The notes: a model not told the origin generated them from the sequence alone. 63,549 nucleotides of DNA from Eubacteriales bacterium (GCA_045638385.1 JAZUBI010000128.1:1-63549); one strand, 5' to 3'. Positions 1-10,546 are shown, counted from the first letter of the stretch. Translations and numbers: made by a program.

Positions 1-176
1 GGCGCAAAGAAAAAAGCTTTGCAAAAAAGAAGACGCCACAGGAGAGATTTCGCCGTCTGCGGACGGCGACCAACGCTCCGCGCGTTGGATCGGCGCAAGC
101 CTTTAAAAAGGCTTGACCGAAACTTACACTCGCTTCGCGCCTAAGCCGTGAAGTCCACCGACAAATCAAAATTTTA
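1..176. repeat. Right-hand part of a hairpin-rich intergenic element ending in the terminus CCACCGACAAATCAAAATTT
   Basis: Run of short perfect hairpins (e.g. cgccgtc/gacggcg, ccaacgc/gcgttgg, aagcctt/aaggctt). The terminus at 155-175 matches the termini of the element at 3411-3683. Confidence 0.5.
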
Positions 177-224
177 AAAAAAATGTTCCCGTAGCAGATG
201 TGCGGGAACGGAATGGAGATAAAT

Positions 225-3200
225 ATGGCAAAGAGAACAGACTTGAAGAAGATTTTGATCATCGGCTCGGGACCTATAGTAATAGGTCAGGCCGCAGAGT
301 TTGACTATGCGGGAACGCAGGCGTGTCTCGCGCTTAAGGAGGAGGGCTACGAGGTAGTGCTTGTAAACTCAAATCCTGCGACGATAATGACCGACACCGC
401 GATAGCGGACAAGGTATACATGGAGCCCTTGACGCTTGAATATATTGCAAAAATATTGAGATACGAGCGCCCCGATGCGATCCTTCCCGGAATCGGCGGT
501 CAGACGGGACTCAATCTCGCTATGCAGCTTGAGAAGAAGGGAATCTTGAAGGAGTGCCGCGTTGAGCTTCTCGGAACAAGCTCCGAGAGCATTGAGAGAG
601 CGGAGGACAGAGAGCTCTTCAAGGAGCTTTGCCAGTCGATAGGCGAGCCCACCATACCCTCTGAGATCACCTACTCTATTGAGGAGGCAAAGGAAGCGGC
701 AGAGAGAATCGGATACCCCGTTGTTCTCCGTCCCGCATTCACGCTCGGCGGAACGGGCGGCGGCTTTGCTAACAACGAAGCTGAGCTTTACGAGATCGGT
801 CTTAACGCGTTCAAGCTCTCTCCCGTACATCAGGTTCTTATCGAGAAGAGCGTAAAGGGATATAAGGAAATAGAGTTCGAGGTTATGCGTGACTCCAACG
901 ACCACGCAATCACCATCTGCGGAATGGAGAACATCGACCCTGTTGGAGTTCACACAGGTGACTCTCTCGTTGTCGCTCCTATTATGACTCTTTCCGATGC
1001 GGATATGAAGATGCTCAACGATTCCGCAATAAAGATCATCAAGGAGCTCAAGATCGAGGGTGGATGTAACGTACAGTTTGCGCTTGATCCCCATTCAAGT
1101 CAGTACTACCTTATAGAGGTCAACCCCCGTGTTTCGCGCTCGTCTGCGCTTGCATCTAAGGCATCGGGCTACCCGATCGCTCGCGTGACCGCAAAGATCG
1201 CTGTCGGAATGGCTCTTGAGGACATCAAGATCGCAAACACAAACGCGGCGTTCGAGCCTCAGCTTGACTACGTTATAGCAAAGCTCCCCCGCTTCCCGTT
1301 TGATAAATTCACCACCGCATCCAACCAGCTCGGAACGCAGATGAAGGCTACCGGTGAGGTAATGGGAATAGGATCAAACCTTGAGGAGTGCCTGCTTAAG
1401 GGCATCCGCTCGCTTGAGGTAGGTGTAAACCACATCTATCACCACAAGTTTGACAATATGAGCGACAACGATCTCCGTGCATACATCTCCGAGTTCCGCG
1501 ATGACAACATCTTCGCAATAGCAGAGCTTATCTATCGAGGAGCAACCGTTGAGGAGATCCACGATATAACAAAGATCACCTCCTTCTTCCTTCAGGCGAT
1601 AAAGAACATCGTTGATATGGAGGAGACATTGAAGGCTCACGTATTCGACATTGAAATACTCACCGCGGCAAAGAAGATGGGCTTTTCGGACAGATACGTT
1701 GCAAGAATGTGGAAGTGCTCCGAGCTTGAGGTCTTCAAGTTCCGCAAGGAAAATAAGCTCTTCCCCGTATTCAAGATGGTAGACACCTGCCACACCGGCG
1801 CTTATATTCCGTATTTCTATTCTTCCTACACAGGAGAGAACGCATCTGTTCTCACCGATAAGAAGAAGATCGTTGTTCTCGGCGCAGGTCCTATCCGTAT
1901 AGGTCAGGGCGTTGAGTTCGACTACTCCACCGTACACGCGGTAAGCACTATAAAGAATTCGGGCTACGAGGCTATTATCATCAACAATAACCCCGAGACC
2001 GTATCAACCGATTACACCACGGCGGACAAGCTCTATTTCGAGCCTCTGACTCCCGAGGACGTAATGAATATAATCGAATTTGAAAAGCCCGAGGGCGTTG
2101 TTGCGTCTCTCGGCGGACAGACCGCTATAAACCTCGCTCAGCCTCTCCACGATCTCGGAGTGAAGATAATCGGTACGGATTGCGCCGCTATCGACAGAGC
2201 AGAGAACAGAGATGCGTTCGAGAAGCTCTTAAAGGAGCTTGGAATTCCTCAGCCCGAGGGACGCGCCGTAACCAAGATAGAGGATGGCGTTGCCGCTGCG
2301 GCTAAGGTCGGTTATCCCGTGCTCGTTCGTCCCTCCTTCGTGCTTGGAGGACGCGCTATGCAGATAGTTGCGAACGAGGAGCAGCTCCGCCACTACCTTA
2401 AGACCGCCGTTGAGATCGATGAGGACAAGCCTGTTCTTGTTGACAAGTACATCAGCGGTAAGGAGGTCGAGGTCGATGCGATCTGCGACGGACACGACGT
2501 ATTCGTTCCCGGTATCATGGAGCTTGTTGAGAGAACCGGTATTCACTCGGGTGACTCGATAAGCGTATACCCCACCTTCTCTATCTCTGATAAGGTAAAG
2601 GGAATCATTCTTCAGTACGCAAAGAAGCTCGGACTCGGCATTGGCATCGTAGGTCTTTACAACATACAGTTCATCGTTGACAAGAACGACGAGGTGTTTA
2701 TCATCGAGGTAAACCCGCGCTCGTCAAGAACCGTACCCTTCCTCTCGAAGTCTACGGGATACAGCCTTGCGGACATCGCAACCGAGTGCATACTCGGTAA
2801 GTCCTTAAAGGAGCAGGGAATCTTCACGCTTTATCCCGAGGAGAAGAAGCGCTGGTACGTTAAGGTGCCGGTATTCTCCTTCAACAAGCTCCGCGGACTT
2901 GACGCATACCTCTCTCCCGAGATGAAGTCAACGGGTGAGGCGATAGGCTATGACGACAAGTATTACAGAGCACTCTACAAGGCGCTTCAGGCATCCGGCA
3001 TGCACCTTCAGAATTACGGAACCGTGCTTGCAACCATCGCCGATTGCGATAAGGAGGAGGCACTGCCTCTCATCCGCCGCTTCTACAACCTCGGATTTAA
3101 CATCGAGGCTACTCTCGGAACGGCAACCTTCTTAAAGGAGAACGGAATCAGAACACACGTGCTCGGCAAGATCAGCGAGGGCTCTGACGAGATCGCGGAG

Positions 3201-3398
3201 TCGATCAGACAGGGACACATCGCGTACGTTATCAACACCAGCGATCCCTCCTCTTCGGGAGTTACCCGCGACGGCTTTGAGATCAGAAAGTACGCAACCG
3301 AGAACAACGTGACTATGTTCACCTCTCTTGATACAGTAAGAGTTCTTCTTGACGTTCTTGAGGAGACAACGCTTACTATTTCGACTATTGACGCGTAA
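225..3398 (+). CDS. carB: Carbamoyl-phosphate synthase large subunit
   Basis: 1057 aa from ATG 225 (GGAG about 8 nt upstream; the track ORF starts at an upstream in-frame codon, 198). Duplicated ATP-grasp halves and a C-terminal MGS-like domain, with full-length resemblance to CarB. Confidence 0.95.
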   Translation: MAKRTDLKKILIIGSGPIVIGQAAEFDYAGTQACLALKEEGYEVVLVNSNPATIMTDTAIADKVYMEPLTLEYIAKILRYERPDAILPGIGGQTGLNLAMQLEKKGILKECRVELLGTSSESIERAEDRELFKELCQSIGEPTIPSEITYSIEEAKEAAERIGYPVVLRPAFTLGGTGGGFANNEAELYEIGLNAFKLSPVHQVLIEKSVKGYKEIEFEVMRDSNDHAITICGMENIDPVGVHTGDSLVVAPIMTLSDADMKMLNDSAIKIIKELKIEGGCNVQFALDPHSSQYYLIEVNPRVSRSSALASKASGYPIARVTAKIAVGMALEDIKIANTNAAFEPQLDYVIAKLPRFPFDKFTTASNQLGTQMKATGEVMGIGSNLEECLLKGIRSLEVGVNHIYHHKFDNMSDNDLRAYISEFRDDNIFAIAELIYRGATVEEIHDITKITSFFLQAIKNIVDMEETLKAHVFDIEILTAAKKMGFSDRYVARMWKCSELEVFKFRKENKLFPVFKMVDTCHTGAYIPYFYSSYTGENASVLTDKKKIVVLGAGPIRIGQGVEFDYSTVHAVSTIKNSGYEAIIINNNPETVSTDYTTADKLYFEPLTPEDVMNIIEFEKPEGVVASLGGQTAINLAQPLHDLGVKIIGTDCAAIDRAENRDAFEKLLKELGIPQPEGRAVTKIEDGVAAAAKVGYPVLVRPSFVLGGRAMQIVANEEQLRHYLKTAVEIDEDKPVLVDKYISGKEVEVDAICDGHDVFVPGIMELVERTGIHSGDSISVYPTFSISDKVKGIILQYAKKLGLGIGIVGLYNIQFIVDKNDEVFIIEVNPRSSRTVPFLSKSTGYSLADIATECILGKSLKEQGIFTLYPEEKKRWYVKVPVFSFNKLRGLDAYLSPEMKSTGEAIGYDDKYYRALYKALQASGMHLQNYGTVLATIADCDKEEALPLIRRFYNLGFNIEATLGTATFLKENGIRTHVLGKISEGSDEIAESIRQGHIAYVINTSDPSSSGVTRDGFEIRKYATENNVTMFTSLDTVRVLLDVLEETTLTISTIDA

Positions 3399-3410
3399 TA
3401 GGTTCCGATT

Positions 3411-3683
3411 TTCAAATTTTGATTTGTCGGGGAGTTACAGATGACCAATGCAAGGCTTCCCCCTGGGGGGAAGCTCCCGCGCAGCGGGTGATGAGGGGTT
3501 ATTGCATAAGGGTTTCACCCCTCATCCGTCGGCTACGCCGCCACCTGTCTCGCTGCGGCTCGGGCACATCGCGGCTCTGACAACACACTGTGTTGTCATT
3601 CACTACCGCGATGCCGCTTCGCTACCCCCAGGGGGAAGGCTTGCGTTTGTCCTCTGCAACCCACCGATAAATCAAAATTTGAA
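3411..3683. repeat. 273-bp MITE-like palindromic element
   Basis: Terminal inverted repeats ttcaaattttgatttgtcgg (3411-3430) and ccgataaatcaaaatttgaa (3664-3683). Inner inverted repeat gcaaggcttccccctgggggg (3451-3471) / cccccagggggaaggcttgc (3625-3644), plus further internal hairpins. The 82-aa track ORF inside it is not credible. Confidence 0.65.
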
Positions 3684-3685
3684 GC

Positions 3686-4696
3686 TCATCCGTTAAAGAT
3701 AACTTTTCTTTTTTCAAAATCGAAGCAAAGAACTCTCTTTTCTCTCAGATAGTGATCCGAGTTATCTCCAACTCTTACAAGCTTTAAGAGCTTGAGATTA
3801 GGATCTATACTCACAATATTAAAGCAGTCCTGCGTCTTGGTTCCATCGATCCTCTTTCCGTCGCTCCATCCGTTCCATGTAGTAGCACAAGGAACTATCG
3901 AATTTAAAATTCCCTTCTCTGTAATTCCAAATCCGTCATGATGATCGTGTCCCGCAAGGTGACATATATGCACTCCGCCCGCGTTTACAAAATTCACAAT
4001 ATCATCCTCAAACTCATAGTGCCTGGGCTTGCCGGAAAGTGAAAAATAGTCGTTTATGGTCTGGAACGTCACGCCAAACGACTCTGTTATGTGATCTGTT
4101 TTTTCGTGCATTGCAGTAATTACATACAAGCCCTTCTCGCGCGCGTCATTGAGAAGAACGACAAATTGCCTTCTCTGCTCGTCTATGTCATAATATGGGT
4201 CGAGCACGATCATTCTTATATTTGACTCGGGAAAATCCTTGTAATAGCTCATCGAATATTCGAGATCAAAGAAATTAACGTCCCAATCCTCGATATGATT
4301 AAAAAGAAGCTCATATGGCTTTTGCTTGCCGGTTATGCTCAAAACATGCTCGCTGTCATACGAAAAGGTGTCGTGATTTCCAACGCAGTTATATACGATC
4401 CTCTCTCGATCGATACCCTCCCCGTAAAGGTCGCAATATCTCTCCTGCGAGCCCTCGCAGTAATCTCCCGTGTGGAGCGCAAATGATATGTAATCCTTGT
4501 AATAATTCATGTATTCCATAACTCTGTTCCAGCAATCAAGACGCATGTGTACGTCCGAAAAATGAAGGAACTGAAGCACGGAAAACTTGTCATCAAACTT
4601 CTGATTAAAAAATGATGTTCTCGTGGCTGATGCTTGAATTACAAAGGACTCAACGTCACGGTTGAGCTCAATTATGCTTTTATTTTCTCCGTTCAT
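3686..4696 (-). CDS. Calcineurin-like metallophosphoesterase
   Basis: Ordered motifs HFSDVH (DxH), TGDY (GD), VGNHD (GNHD) and LAGHDHH (GHxH). Confidence 0.8.
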   Translation of the reverse strand: MNGENKSIIELNRDVESFVIQASATRTSFFNQKFDDKFSVLQFLHFSDVHMRLDCWNRVMEYMNYYKDYISFALHTGDYCEGSQERYCDLYGEGIDRERIVYNCVGNHDTFSYDSEHVLSITGKQKPYELLFNHIEDWDVNFFDLEYSMSYYKDFPESNIRMIVLDPYYDIDEQRRQFVVLLNDAREKGLYVITAMHEKTDHITESFGVTFQTINDYFSLSGKPRHYEFEDDIVNFVNAGGVHICHLAGHDHHDGFGITEKGILNSIVPCATTWNGWSDGKRIDGTKTQDCFNIVSIDPNLKLLKLVRVGDNSDHYLREKRVLCFDFEKRKVIFNG

Positions 4697-4782
4697 TTAC
4701 AACACTCCCAAAGGATTGATCTATAGTTGAATTATAACATATAAAAAAAGCCTTGTCAACCGATATTCGACCTTTTCCCCCC

Positions 4783-4811
4783 TTGACAAACAGTTAAAAA
4801 TAATGTATAAT
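4783..4811 (+). promoter_or_regulatory. Sigma-A-type promoter upstream of smpB
   Basis: TTGACA (4783-4788), 17-nt spacer, TATAAT (4806-4811). Confidence 0.6.
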
Positions 4812-4861
4812 GTCTCATGCACCAAAGGCGCAAGTATTTTTTTTGAAGGGAGGCGCTATTC

Positions 4862-5329
4862 GTGGCAGGAAAGACAGGCGGCATAAAAATAGCCGCACAG
4901 AACAAAAAGGCTTATCACGACTATTTCGTAGAAGAAAAATATGAAGCGGGCATCGAGCTTTTCGGTACCGAGGTCAAAAGCATCCGCGCGGGAAGCGTCA
5001 ATCTCAAGGATAGCTACTGCGACGTAAAGGACGGCGAGCTTTTCGTGATCGGAATGCACATAAGTCCATACGAGCACGGAAACATTTATAACCGCGATCC
5101 GCTCAGAAAGCGCAGATTACTCATGCACAAGCGCGAGATAATGAAGCTTCACGGCCTGGTCGCGCAAAAAGGAATGTCGCTTGTTCCCCTTTCGCTCTAT
5201 TTTTCGGGCTCAAGGGTCAAGGTCGAGATCGGTCTGTGTAAGGGTAAGAAGCTCTATGATAAGCGCGACGCGATCGCAAAGCACGACGCCGACCGAGAGA
5301 TCGAAAGAAAGATGAAGGACAAGCTCTGA
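4862..5329 (+). CDS. smpB: SsrA-binding protein
   Basis: 155 aa with GTG start and GGGAGG RBS. N-terminus [21 protein letters not shown] is typical of SmpB, and the gene lies directly upstream of the tmRNA gene. Confidence 0.95.
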   Translation: MAGKTGGIKIAAQNKKAYHDYFVEEKYEAGIELFGTEVKSIRAGSVNLKDSYCDVKDGELFVIGMHISPYEHGNIYNRDPLRKRRLLMHKREIMKLHGLVAQKGMSLVPLSLYFSGSRVKVEIGLCKGKKLYDKRDAIAKHDADREIERKMKDKL

Positions 5330-5411
5330 ATTTCTCAAACTCATCTCATATAACCGTTAAAATTGCTTTTTGCAATATTTAATACTGTGCAGAAATTTTG
5401 TTTTAGGATAT

Positions 5412-5700
5412 GCCGCGCTCGAGGAGCAACGCAGTGTTCGGACAAAATCGAAGTCCAATCTTGGCAATGAATTTTGTTTGAAGACAAGGCGCACCGCAGA
5501 GGGCAAGGCGAAGGCGTAGTTACCTACGTCGAGCCGCGCTCGAGGAGCAACGCAGTATTCGGATAAAGTCGAAGTCCAATCTTGGCAATGAATTTTGTTT
5601 GAAGACAAGGCGCACCGCAGAGGGCAAGGCGAAGGCGTAGTTACCTACGTCGAGCCGCGCTCGAGGAGAAACGCAGTATTCGGACAAAATTCGAAGCCAC
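5412..5700. repeat. 121-bp tandem repeat, about 2.4 copies, abutting the 5' end of ssrA
   Basis: Units start at 5412, 5533 and 5654 (gccgcgctcgaggag...) and are near-identical. The third unit is truncated where the tmRNA begins. It generates the overlapping 83-aa and 60-aa track ORFs. Confidence 0.85.
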
Positions 5701-5701
5701 A

Positions 5702-6097
5702 TGGGTCTGTAAAGGTTTCGACGGGGATTTTGAGGTATGATAAGCGGGTAGAGCCGAGTAATCTCTAAAACTGCTCAAACTTTAAAAAATAAACGACAAC
5801 AATACTGTTGCTATGGCTGCCTAATCGTCGCTCCGTAAGGAGCTGACGAAGGCAGTGCTGTGACCTGCGGGTCACCCGTTCCTCTCGGAAGGACCACGAG
5901 CCGAGACTGAGCGTCATCTGAGTGGTGCACGTGCATCGGCGGTTTACCGTTGAACCGATCACGCATAAAACGGTTGCTCTCACACCGAGCCTGAGTACCG
6001 GCGCGGCGGGGGAAAAGCTCCAATAGATACTCTGCACCCGGAGAAAGTTGTATCAAGAGGTTTTCGGACAGGGGTTCGACTCCCCTCAGATCCACCA
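5702..6097 (+). ncRNA. ssrA: tmRNA (transfer-messenger RNA)
   Basis: 5' GGGTCTG pairs with 3' CAGATCC, including a G3:U70 wobble, followed by ACCA. GGTTTCGACGGGG lies at the 5' side and a T-arm GGGGTTCGACTCCCC at the 3' side. The internal tag frame ends ...NDNNTVAMAA-TAA (5792-5824). Confidence 0.9.
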
Positions 6098-6132
6098 TTC
6101 ATTAACACGTCCAGTGTTAATTTACAAGAATA

Positions 6133-6176
6133 CCCCGACAAAGCAAGCTTTACTTGCCTTGTCGGGGCTTTCTTTG
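6133..6176 (+). terminator. Hairpin + T-tract downstream of ssrA
   Basis: ccccgacaa...ttgtcgggg stem followed by ctttctttg. Confidence 0.6.
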
Positions 6177-6301
6177 TCTTAGGTAGGCGAGCCTAGTCAT
6201 CATAAACTCATACCCTTTTCGATAAGGTTGGAGTCGTCTGTCCAGCCATCATTTTTGAAATTTTTAACAATATAGAATCCAAGTGTCCAATTAAACGATT
6301 A

Positions 6302-6850
6302 TCATGTCTTTTTACATTTCATTTCATGATCGCTTACAGGCTGGATATTTCCAATAACAATTTGATTTTCCGATCCAGGCGTTAGGTCAAACACTCCATC
6401 ATAGTAATATTTTTTTCCAAAAATATCGTGACAGTTGATACGACATGTTTTCAATGTTTCACCATTAACAATATAAAAAATCAAATAAAAATGAGTATCC
6501 TTATCGATCGTTGAACAATTTTCTGGTATGTATGTCTTAGTTTCAGTTGTTATATTGTCAATAAATAAAATACCATTATCAGTATTCTTAAAGCATCCAA
6601 ACACTGTTTTTTTGCTTGTCTCACCTTCACTTCTGCACAAGAGTTTAGGAACACCTTCTACATCACGCAACACGTGTGCCACACTATTAACCAATATGGG
6701 TTTCGCCTTGTCAATTCTCTCAACATTACGCTCTTTTCGATCATGTGCTAATGTAAGATAAACACCAAGCAAAGCCAATAAACCACCAATAAACGCCGAC
6801 GATAATGGCATTATAATATCAGTTACCCAATTAATTTCCACTAAATACAC
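6302..6850 (-). CDS. Hypothetical single-pass membrane protein, co-operonic with the KAP NTPase
   Basis: One N-terminal hydrophobic helix (IIMPLSSAFIGGLLALLGVYLTLA) followed by about 140 aa of soluble, Cys-containing sequence. Starts 34 nt after the KAP stop. The exact start is uncertain (GTG 6850, GTG 6841 or ATG 6811). Confidence 0.6.
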   Translation of the reverse strand: MYLVEINWVTDIIMPLSSAFIGGLLALLGVYLTLAHDRKERNVERIDKAKPILVNSVAHVLRDVEGVPKLLCRSEGETSKKTVFGCFKNTDNGILFIDNITTETKTYIPENCSTIDKDTHFYLIFYIVNGETLKTCRINCHDIFGKKYYYDGVFDLTPGSENQIVIGNIQPVSDHEMKCKKT

Positions 6851-6884
6851 CTCACAATATTCGCATTTTACATATTCTATATTA

Positions 6885-8261
6885 CTATTTTATTGCGCGT
6901 AACAAATCCCAAAATCGTTCAGCATAATCTTCTATTTGATCCATTGAATCACTGCAATTTGAATACCCATCAAAATGGGTTTCCGTAATATGCGCATAAC
7001 ATCCAAGTAAAATTCCCCACAGATCACTAGGAATAATATAGTGTCTGTTTCCTTCGCTATAATAGTATTTCCTTCTTGTTTCATTGCTAAAAGGATAGGA
7101 TATTTGATGTGACATCTTGTCATGTACAAATTGCAATCCAGCAGTAGGTGTTTTTCCAAACAATTCAGAAAAGAAAATACCATTCGCTTTATATGGTAAA
7201 TTTGCTTTTGTATGTTTTAAAACAATCAAAAACAACTCCACGCACATATAGGTCTCATCCATTATTTCATCATCCTCGTTGAGGAGATTGTGTAGCAGAT
7301 GACATTTTTCAATGATCGCTATCTTTTCTCGTGCTTCTATTCCAGTAAAAATGTTTTTTTGAAACTCAATAACATCAACCTGGTCATTTTTTTCAAATTG
7401 ATTAAAGTAATAGCCATGTATTTCCTCGAACTGATCATTGTATGTACCCTCGTCAAGTTCTATTTCAAACTTGATAAACTTAGCAAGATATTTTTGGGTA
7501 TCGACTTTATCGCCGAACATTTTTTGAATTGTGCGTTCAAGCTGAGTCTTATCTACAGCAAGTATAACCTGCATGTTTTCAATTTCATTAAAAACATGGT
7601 GTATTCTTTCCAAAACTTTTATTTGGTATTCAGGAATGCACCTATCGAGTTCATCAACAACAAATATTATTGTTCTTTCCGAAGCAATTTCTTTTATCTC
7701 TTTACGAAGTGTTAATAATGCTTGTTTAAAATCCAAGTATTGATCATAACTATGAGCCTCACACACTCTCGCCGTCGCATTATCACACGCCTCTGATATT
7801 CCATCTGTGATTTCTTTCGGGTTCAGACCAATTTTTGATTCTAGCCATTTCGATCCACCTTCATATAGTTTAGATAATACGAATTTTGCGACACTACGTA
7901 TACGCGCGCGTGCTTCTTCAGAAAAAAGATGTTCTTTGCTGTTTATATCATCCAGCATAGATGATACAATGGCTATTAGCGGTTCTTCATAATAATCGTA
8001 TTCCCAACAATTAAAGTGGAACACATAATATTTATCTGCCGCACGTTCCCCATCTTGTTTAAAAAGCAGTCTTTTCTCGAGTTTATCAAGAACATATGAT
8101 TTCCCTATACCCCAAGAACCACTGATAGCAAAGCAAGCGTTTTTATTGCTGCTAGCAATTAATTCTATAACCCTTTGTATGCGCTGAATATTCTTTTGCC
8201 TATTTAAAAAATCTCCGTCAATAGAAGACTCAACTATACTATCAATAAAAACATCAGACAT
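6885..8261 (-). CDS. KAP-family P-loop NTPase
   Basis: Walker A GSWGIGKSY, FNCWEYDYYEEP (the KAP-typical aW.yD motif) and Walker B IIFVVDELDRC. GGAGGAG RBS. No TM insertions seen. Confidence 0.8.
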   Translation of the reverse strand: MSDVFIDSIVESSIDGDFLNRQKNIQRIQRVIELIASSNKNACFAISGSWGIGKSYVLDKLEKRLLFKQDGERAADKYYVFHFNCWEYDYYEEPLIAIVSSMLDDINSKEHLFSEEARARIRSVAKFVLSKLYEGGSKWLESKIGLNPKEITDGISEACDNATARVCEAHSYDQYLDFKQALLTLRKEIKEIASERTIIFVVDELDRCIPEYQIKVLERIHHVFNEIENMQVILAVDKTQLERTIQKMFGDKVDTQKYLAKFIKFEIELDEGTYNDQFEEIHGYYFNQFEKNDQVDVIEFQKNIFTGIEAREKIAIIEKCHLLHNLLNEDDEIMDETYMCVELFLIVLKHTKANLPYKANGIFFSELFGKTPTAGLQFVHDKMSHQISYPFSNETRRKYYYSEGNRHYIIPSDLWGILLGCYAHITETHFDGYSNCSDSMDQIEDYAERFWDLLRAIK

Positions 8262-8360
8262 ATATACTCCTCCATTATACTACTGATACACATATATACA
8301 TACAAAAATTATATCACATAATTCGATAAAACTCAACCCTCAAAGCAACAATAAATTAGA

Positions 8361-8400
8361 AAAGGAAACAAGCGTCCACGCAGGGACGCTTGTTTCCTTT
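8361..8400. other. 17-bp perfect hairpin between the KAP gene and the 87-aa ORF
   Basis: aaaggaaacaagcgtcc (8361-8377) pairs with ggacgcttgtttccttt (8384-8400). Possible bidirectional terminator or insulator. Confidence 0.5.
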
Positions 8401-8545
8401 ATTATATTAAAAAGTCCATATAAGACATAGAAAAAAGCCCGTTTTAGTCCTCTTTTCAACCACTGTTCCCTTTCACGCTCAAAAATACTAACAAATAATT
8501 AATAGTAGCTCAGCGGTACATCATTAATCATTCAAGGAGGCTGAT

Positions 8546-8809
8546 ATGGCAACTAAAAGGCACAAATGTACACTGGCTAACGCTAATTTCCGTAATATTA
8601 ATCTAAAAATTTACGAACAAATAATTATTGACACAATAAACGAAACTGTACCTGGTAAAGACCCCAAGGTCTATGAAAGCTACTTCTCTACCAAAGCCCT
8701 TAATCAAAGCGAGGCGGTAAAGATCGGCAGAGCCTTAGCTAAGATCAGTGAGCTAAGTGCCTTGGGACAGGAGAAGAAGATATTTAGACTTTTTGACGGT
8801 AAGACCTAA
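8546..8809 (+). CDS. Hypothetical 87-aa protein
   Basis: ATG with AAGGAGG RBS. Convergent with the LRR gene, with abutting stop codons. No recognisable motif. Confidence 0.45.
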   Translation: MATKRHKCTLANANFRNINLKIYEQIIIDTINETVPGKDPKVYESYFSTKALNQSEAVKIGRALAKISELSALGQEKKIFRLFDGKT

Positions 8810-10096
8810 TCACCCACGTTCGATAGCAAATTCAACATATTTGTTTTTCAACGCTTCTGCCGCGCTACTTGGATTAGATAATATGTCTTCGGGTATATTT
8901 GAAAACAGCCCACCGCCAACTTTTTTCCAACCACACGGATTGTCAAAGATAATCTTATCTAAACTGTCGCATTTAAAAAATGTTTTTTTGCCCATACGTT
9001 TCAATCGACTAGGTATTTTTATTTCTCTTAGATTTATATTAAGTCCAAACGCAAAATCTCCTATTTCATTGACACTCTGCGGAATGTTAATGCTTACCAA
9101 ATTGGAACAATCGCCGAATGCAGAATTACCAATACTATTTAGATTATTTGGTAGACAAATATAGTCAAGATTAGTGCAGCTGGAAAATGCACCAATGCCT
9201 ATTGTTGTCACACTATTCGGAATGGTAATATTTGTTAGATTGTGACAATTAGAAAACATCCACCCCTCAATATTTGCAATCCCCTTTCCAATAACAACAT
9301 TTTTTAAATTTTTGCATTGGGAAAATACACTTTCATAAATATGAACGGTGCTATCAGGTATACTAATTCTCTCAAGGCTCGTACACCATGCAAACGCCTC
9401 GCGCCCAATGCTAGTAACTCCCTCTGGGATGTTAATGTTTTTGAGACTTGAACAAAAGAAAAATGCGTTATGTCCAATACTTTTAATGCTATTTGGAAGT
9501 GTTATATCTGTTAGTGTAACGCAATTTGAAAATGCCGATGACTCTATACTATTGCCGCTAGTGATATTGATTGTTCTTAAATTCGATTTTGGCAAGGCAA
9601 ATATAATGCAAGAAGGAATATCTGCAATTTCAATTTGGCAACCACTAAAAATCTCAATACCTAAGCTTGGAGAATCATTTCTAATAGTTACTTTTCTAAG
9701 GCTTGTACAATTTTGGAAACAGTACATACCAATTTCAGAAACACTTTTAGGAATATCTATACTGGATATATTAGTACAATCGGCAAAAGACTTATATCCA
9801 ATTGTTGTTATAGATTCCGCAATCACTATATTGGCTAGTTTTTTACTTTTTTCAAATGCTCTATCTCCAATAGCAGTAACTGGTTTTCCATTGTATTCTG
9901 TCGGAATTGTTATAGATGATGCTTCTTTATTTGCTCCTATTCCAACTACTAGATAACTTTTTCCATCTTCACTCAACTTAAAATTCAGTCCTTCATTTTT
10001 TAATGTATCAGAAAAAACAGTTCCAGCGCATTTTTTGCAATATTTCGAATCAGAATCACATTTTGTCAAGCATTTTACACAATATTTTGCATTCAT
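8810..10096 (-). CDS. Zinc-ribbon + BspA-type leucine-rich-repeat protein (no signal peptide)
   Basis: Start moved to ATG 10096 (AAAGGTGA RBS). N-terminal CxxC...CxxC (CVKC...CKKC), then at least 12 repeats of the ..IP.SV..IG..AF..C..L..I.. type. Confidence 0.8.
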   Translation of the reverse strand: MNAKYCVKCLTKCDSDSKYCKKCAGTVFSDTLKNEGLNFKLSEDGKSYLVVGIGANKEASSITIPTEYNGKPVTAIGDRAFEKSKKLANIVIAESITTIGYKSFADCTNISSIDIPKSVSEIGMYCFQNCTSLRKVTIRNDSPSLGIEIFSGCQIEIADIPSCIIFALPKSNLRTINITSGNSIESSAFSNCVTLTDITLPNSIKSIGHNAFFFCSSLKNINIPEGVTSIGREAFAWCTSLERISIPDSTVHIYESVFSQCKNLKNVVIGKGIANIEGWMFSNCHNLTNITIPNSVTTIGIGAFSSCTNLDYICLPNNLNSIGNSAFGDCSNLVSINIPQSVNEIGDFAFGLNINLREIKIPSRLKRMGKKTFFKCDSLDKIIFDNPCGWKKVGGGLFSNIPEDILSNPSSAAEALKNKYVEFAIERG

Positions 10097-10523
10097 TTCA
10101 TTCACCTTTCTCGTTATCATAGCGCCAATTTTCTTTCTGATTTCGATTATATCATATATTAACAGCATTTTCAATATCATTGTATAAAATAGTTACCGCA
10201 ATTTAAAATGTAGTATTTTACCATAAAATTTAATCATTTTCAACATCATTGAATAAATATTAAGCCTCGATGACATGCAAATGACTGCTTTCCCTCTCCT
10301 CCATCCTCTATTATCGCAAAAAACAAGACTTACAAATGCCAGCTCGCGCTCCATTGCACTGTTTATTAGCGAGTCCGTTGCTTTTTCGCGCTGCTTTCCT
10401 TTTTAAACTTCCCTTTCGCCCCCCCGAAAAGCGGTTTATGGTTTTCCTTGCCATCCTCGGTTTCATAGCCGTTCTATCAAGGCTATCCATATACCCTTTT
10501 TCGTGATACCGAGCAATCACGGG

Positions 10524-10535
10524 TCAGATCCACCA
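10524..10535 (+). repeat. 12-nt copy of the tmRNA 3' terminus (TCAGATCCACCA)
   Basis: Identical to 6086-6097 and followed by an A-run, as at 10846-10857. Confidence 0.6.
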
Positions 10536-10546
10536 AAAAAACAACA

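Noticed and set aside
369-3448. Several 60-241-aa ORFs on the opposite strand or in other frames inside carB (for example 369-1094, 1374-1937, 2229-2546, 3083-3448)
   Set aside because: They lie entirely within a gene that has full-length family resemblance. They lack RBSs and are typical shadow ORFs.
3448-3696. 82-aa ORF inside the palindromic element downstream of carB
   Set aside because: It is composed of the arms of nested inverted repeats, so the sequence is explained by the repeat structure.
5357-5702. 83-aa and 60-aa minus-strand ORFs sharing the sequence SEYCV.PRARLDVGNYAFALPSAVRLVFKQNSLPRLDFDF
   Set aside because: They are the same 121-bp tandem repeat read twice, with no start context.
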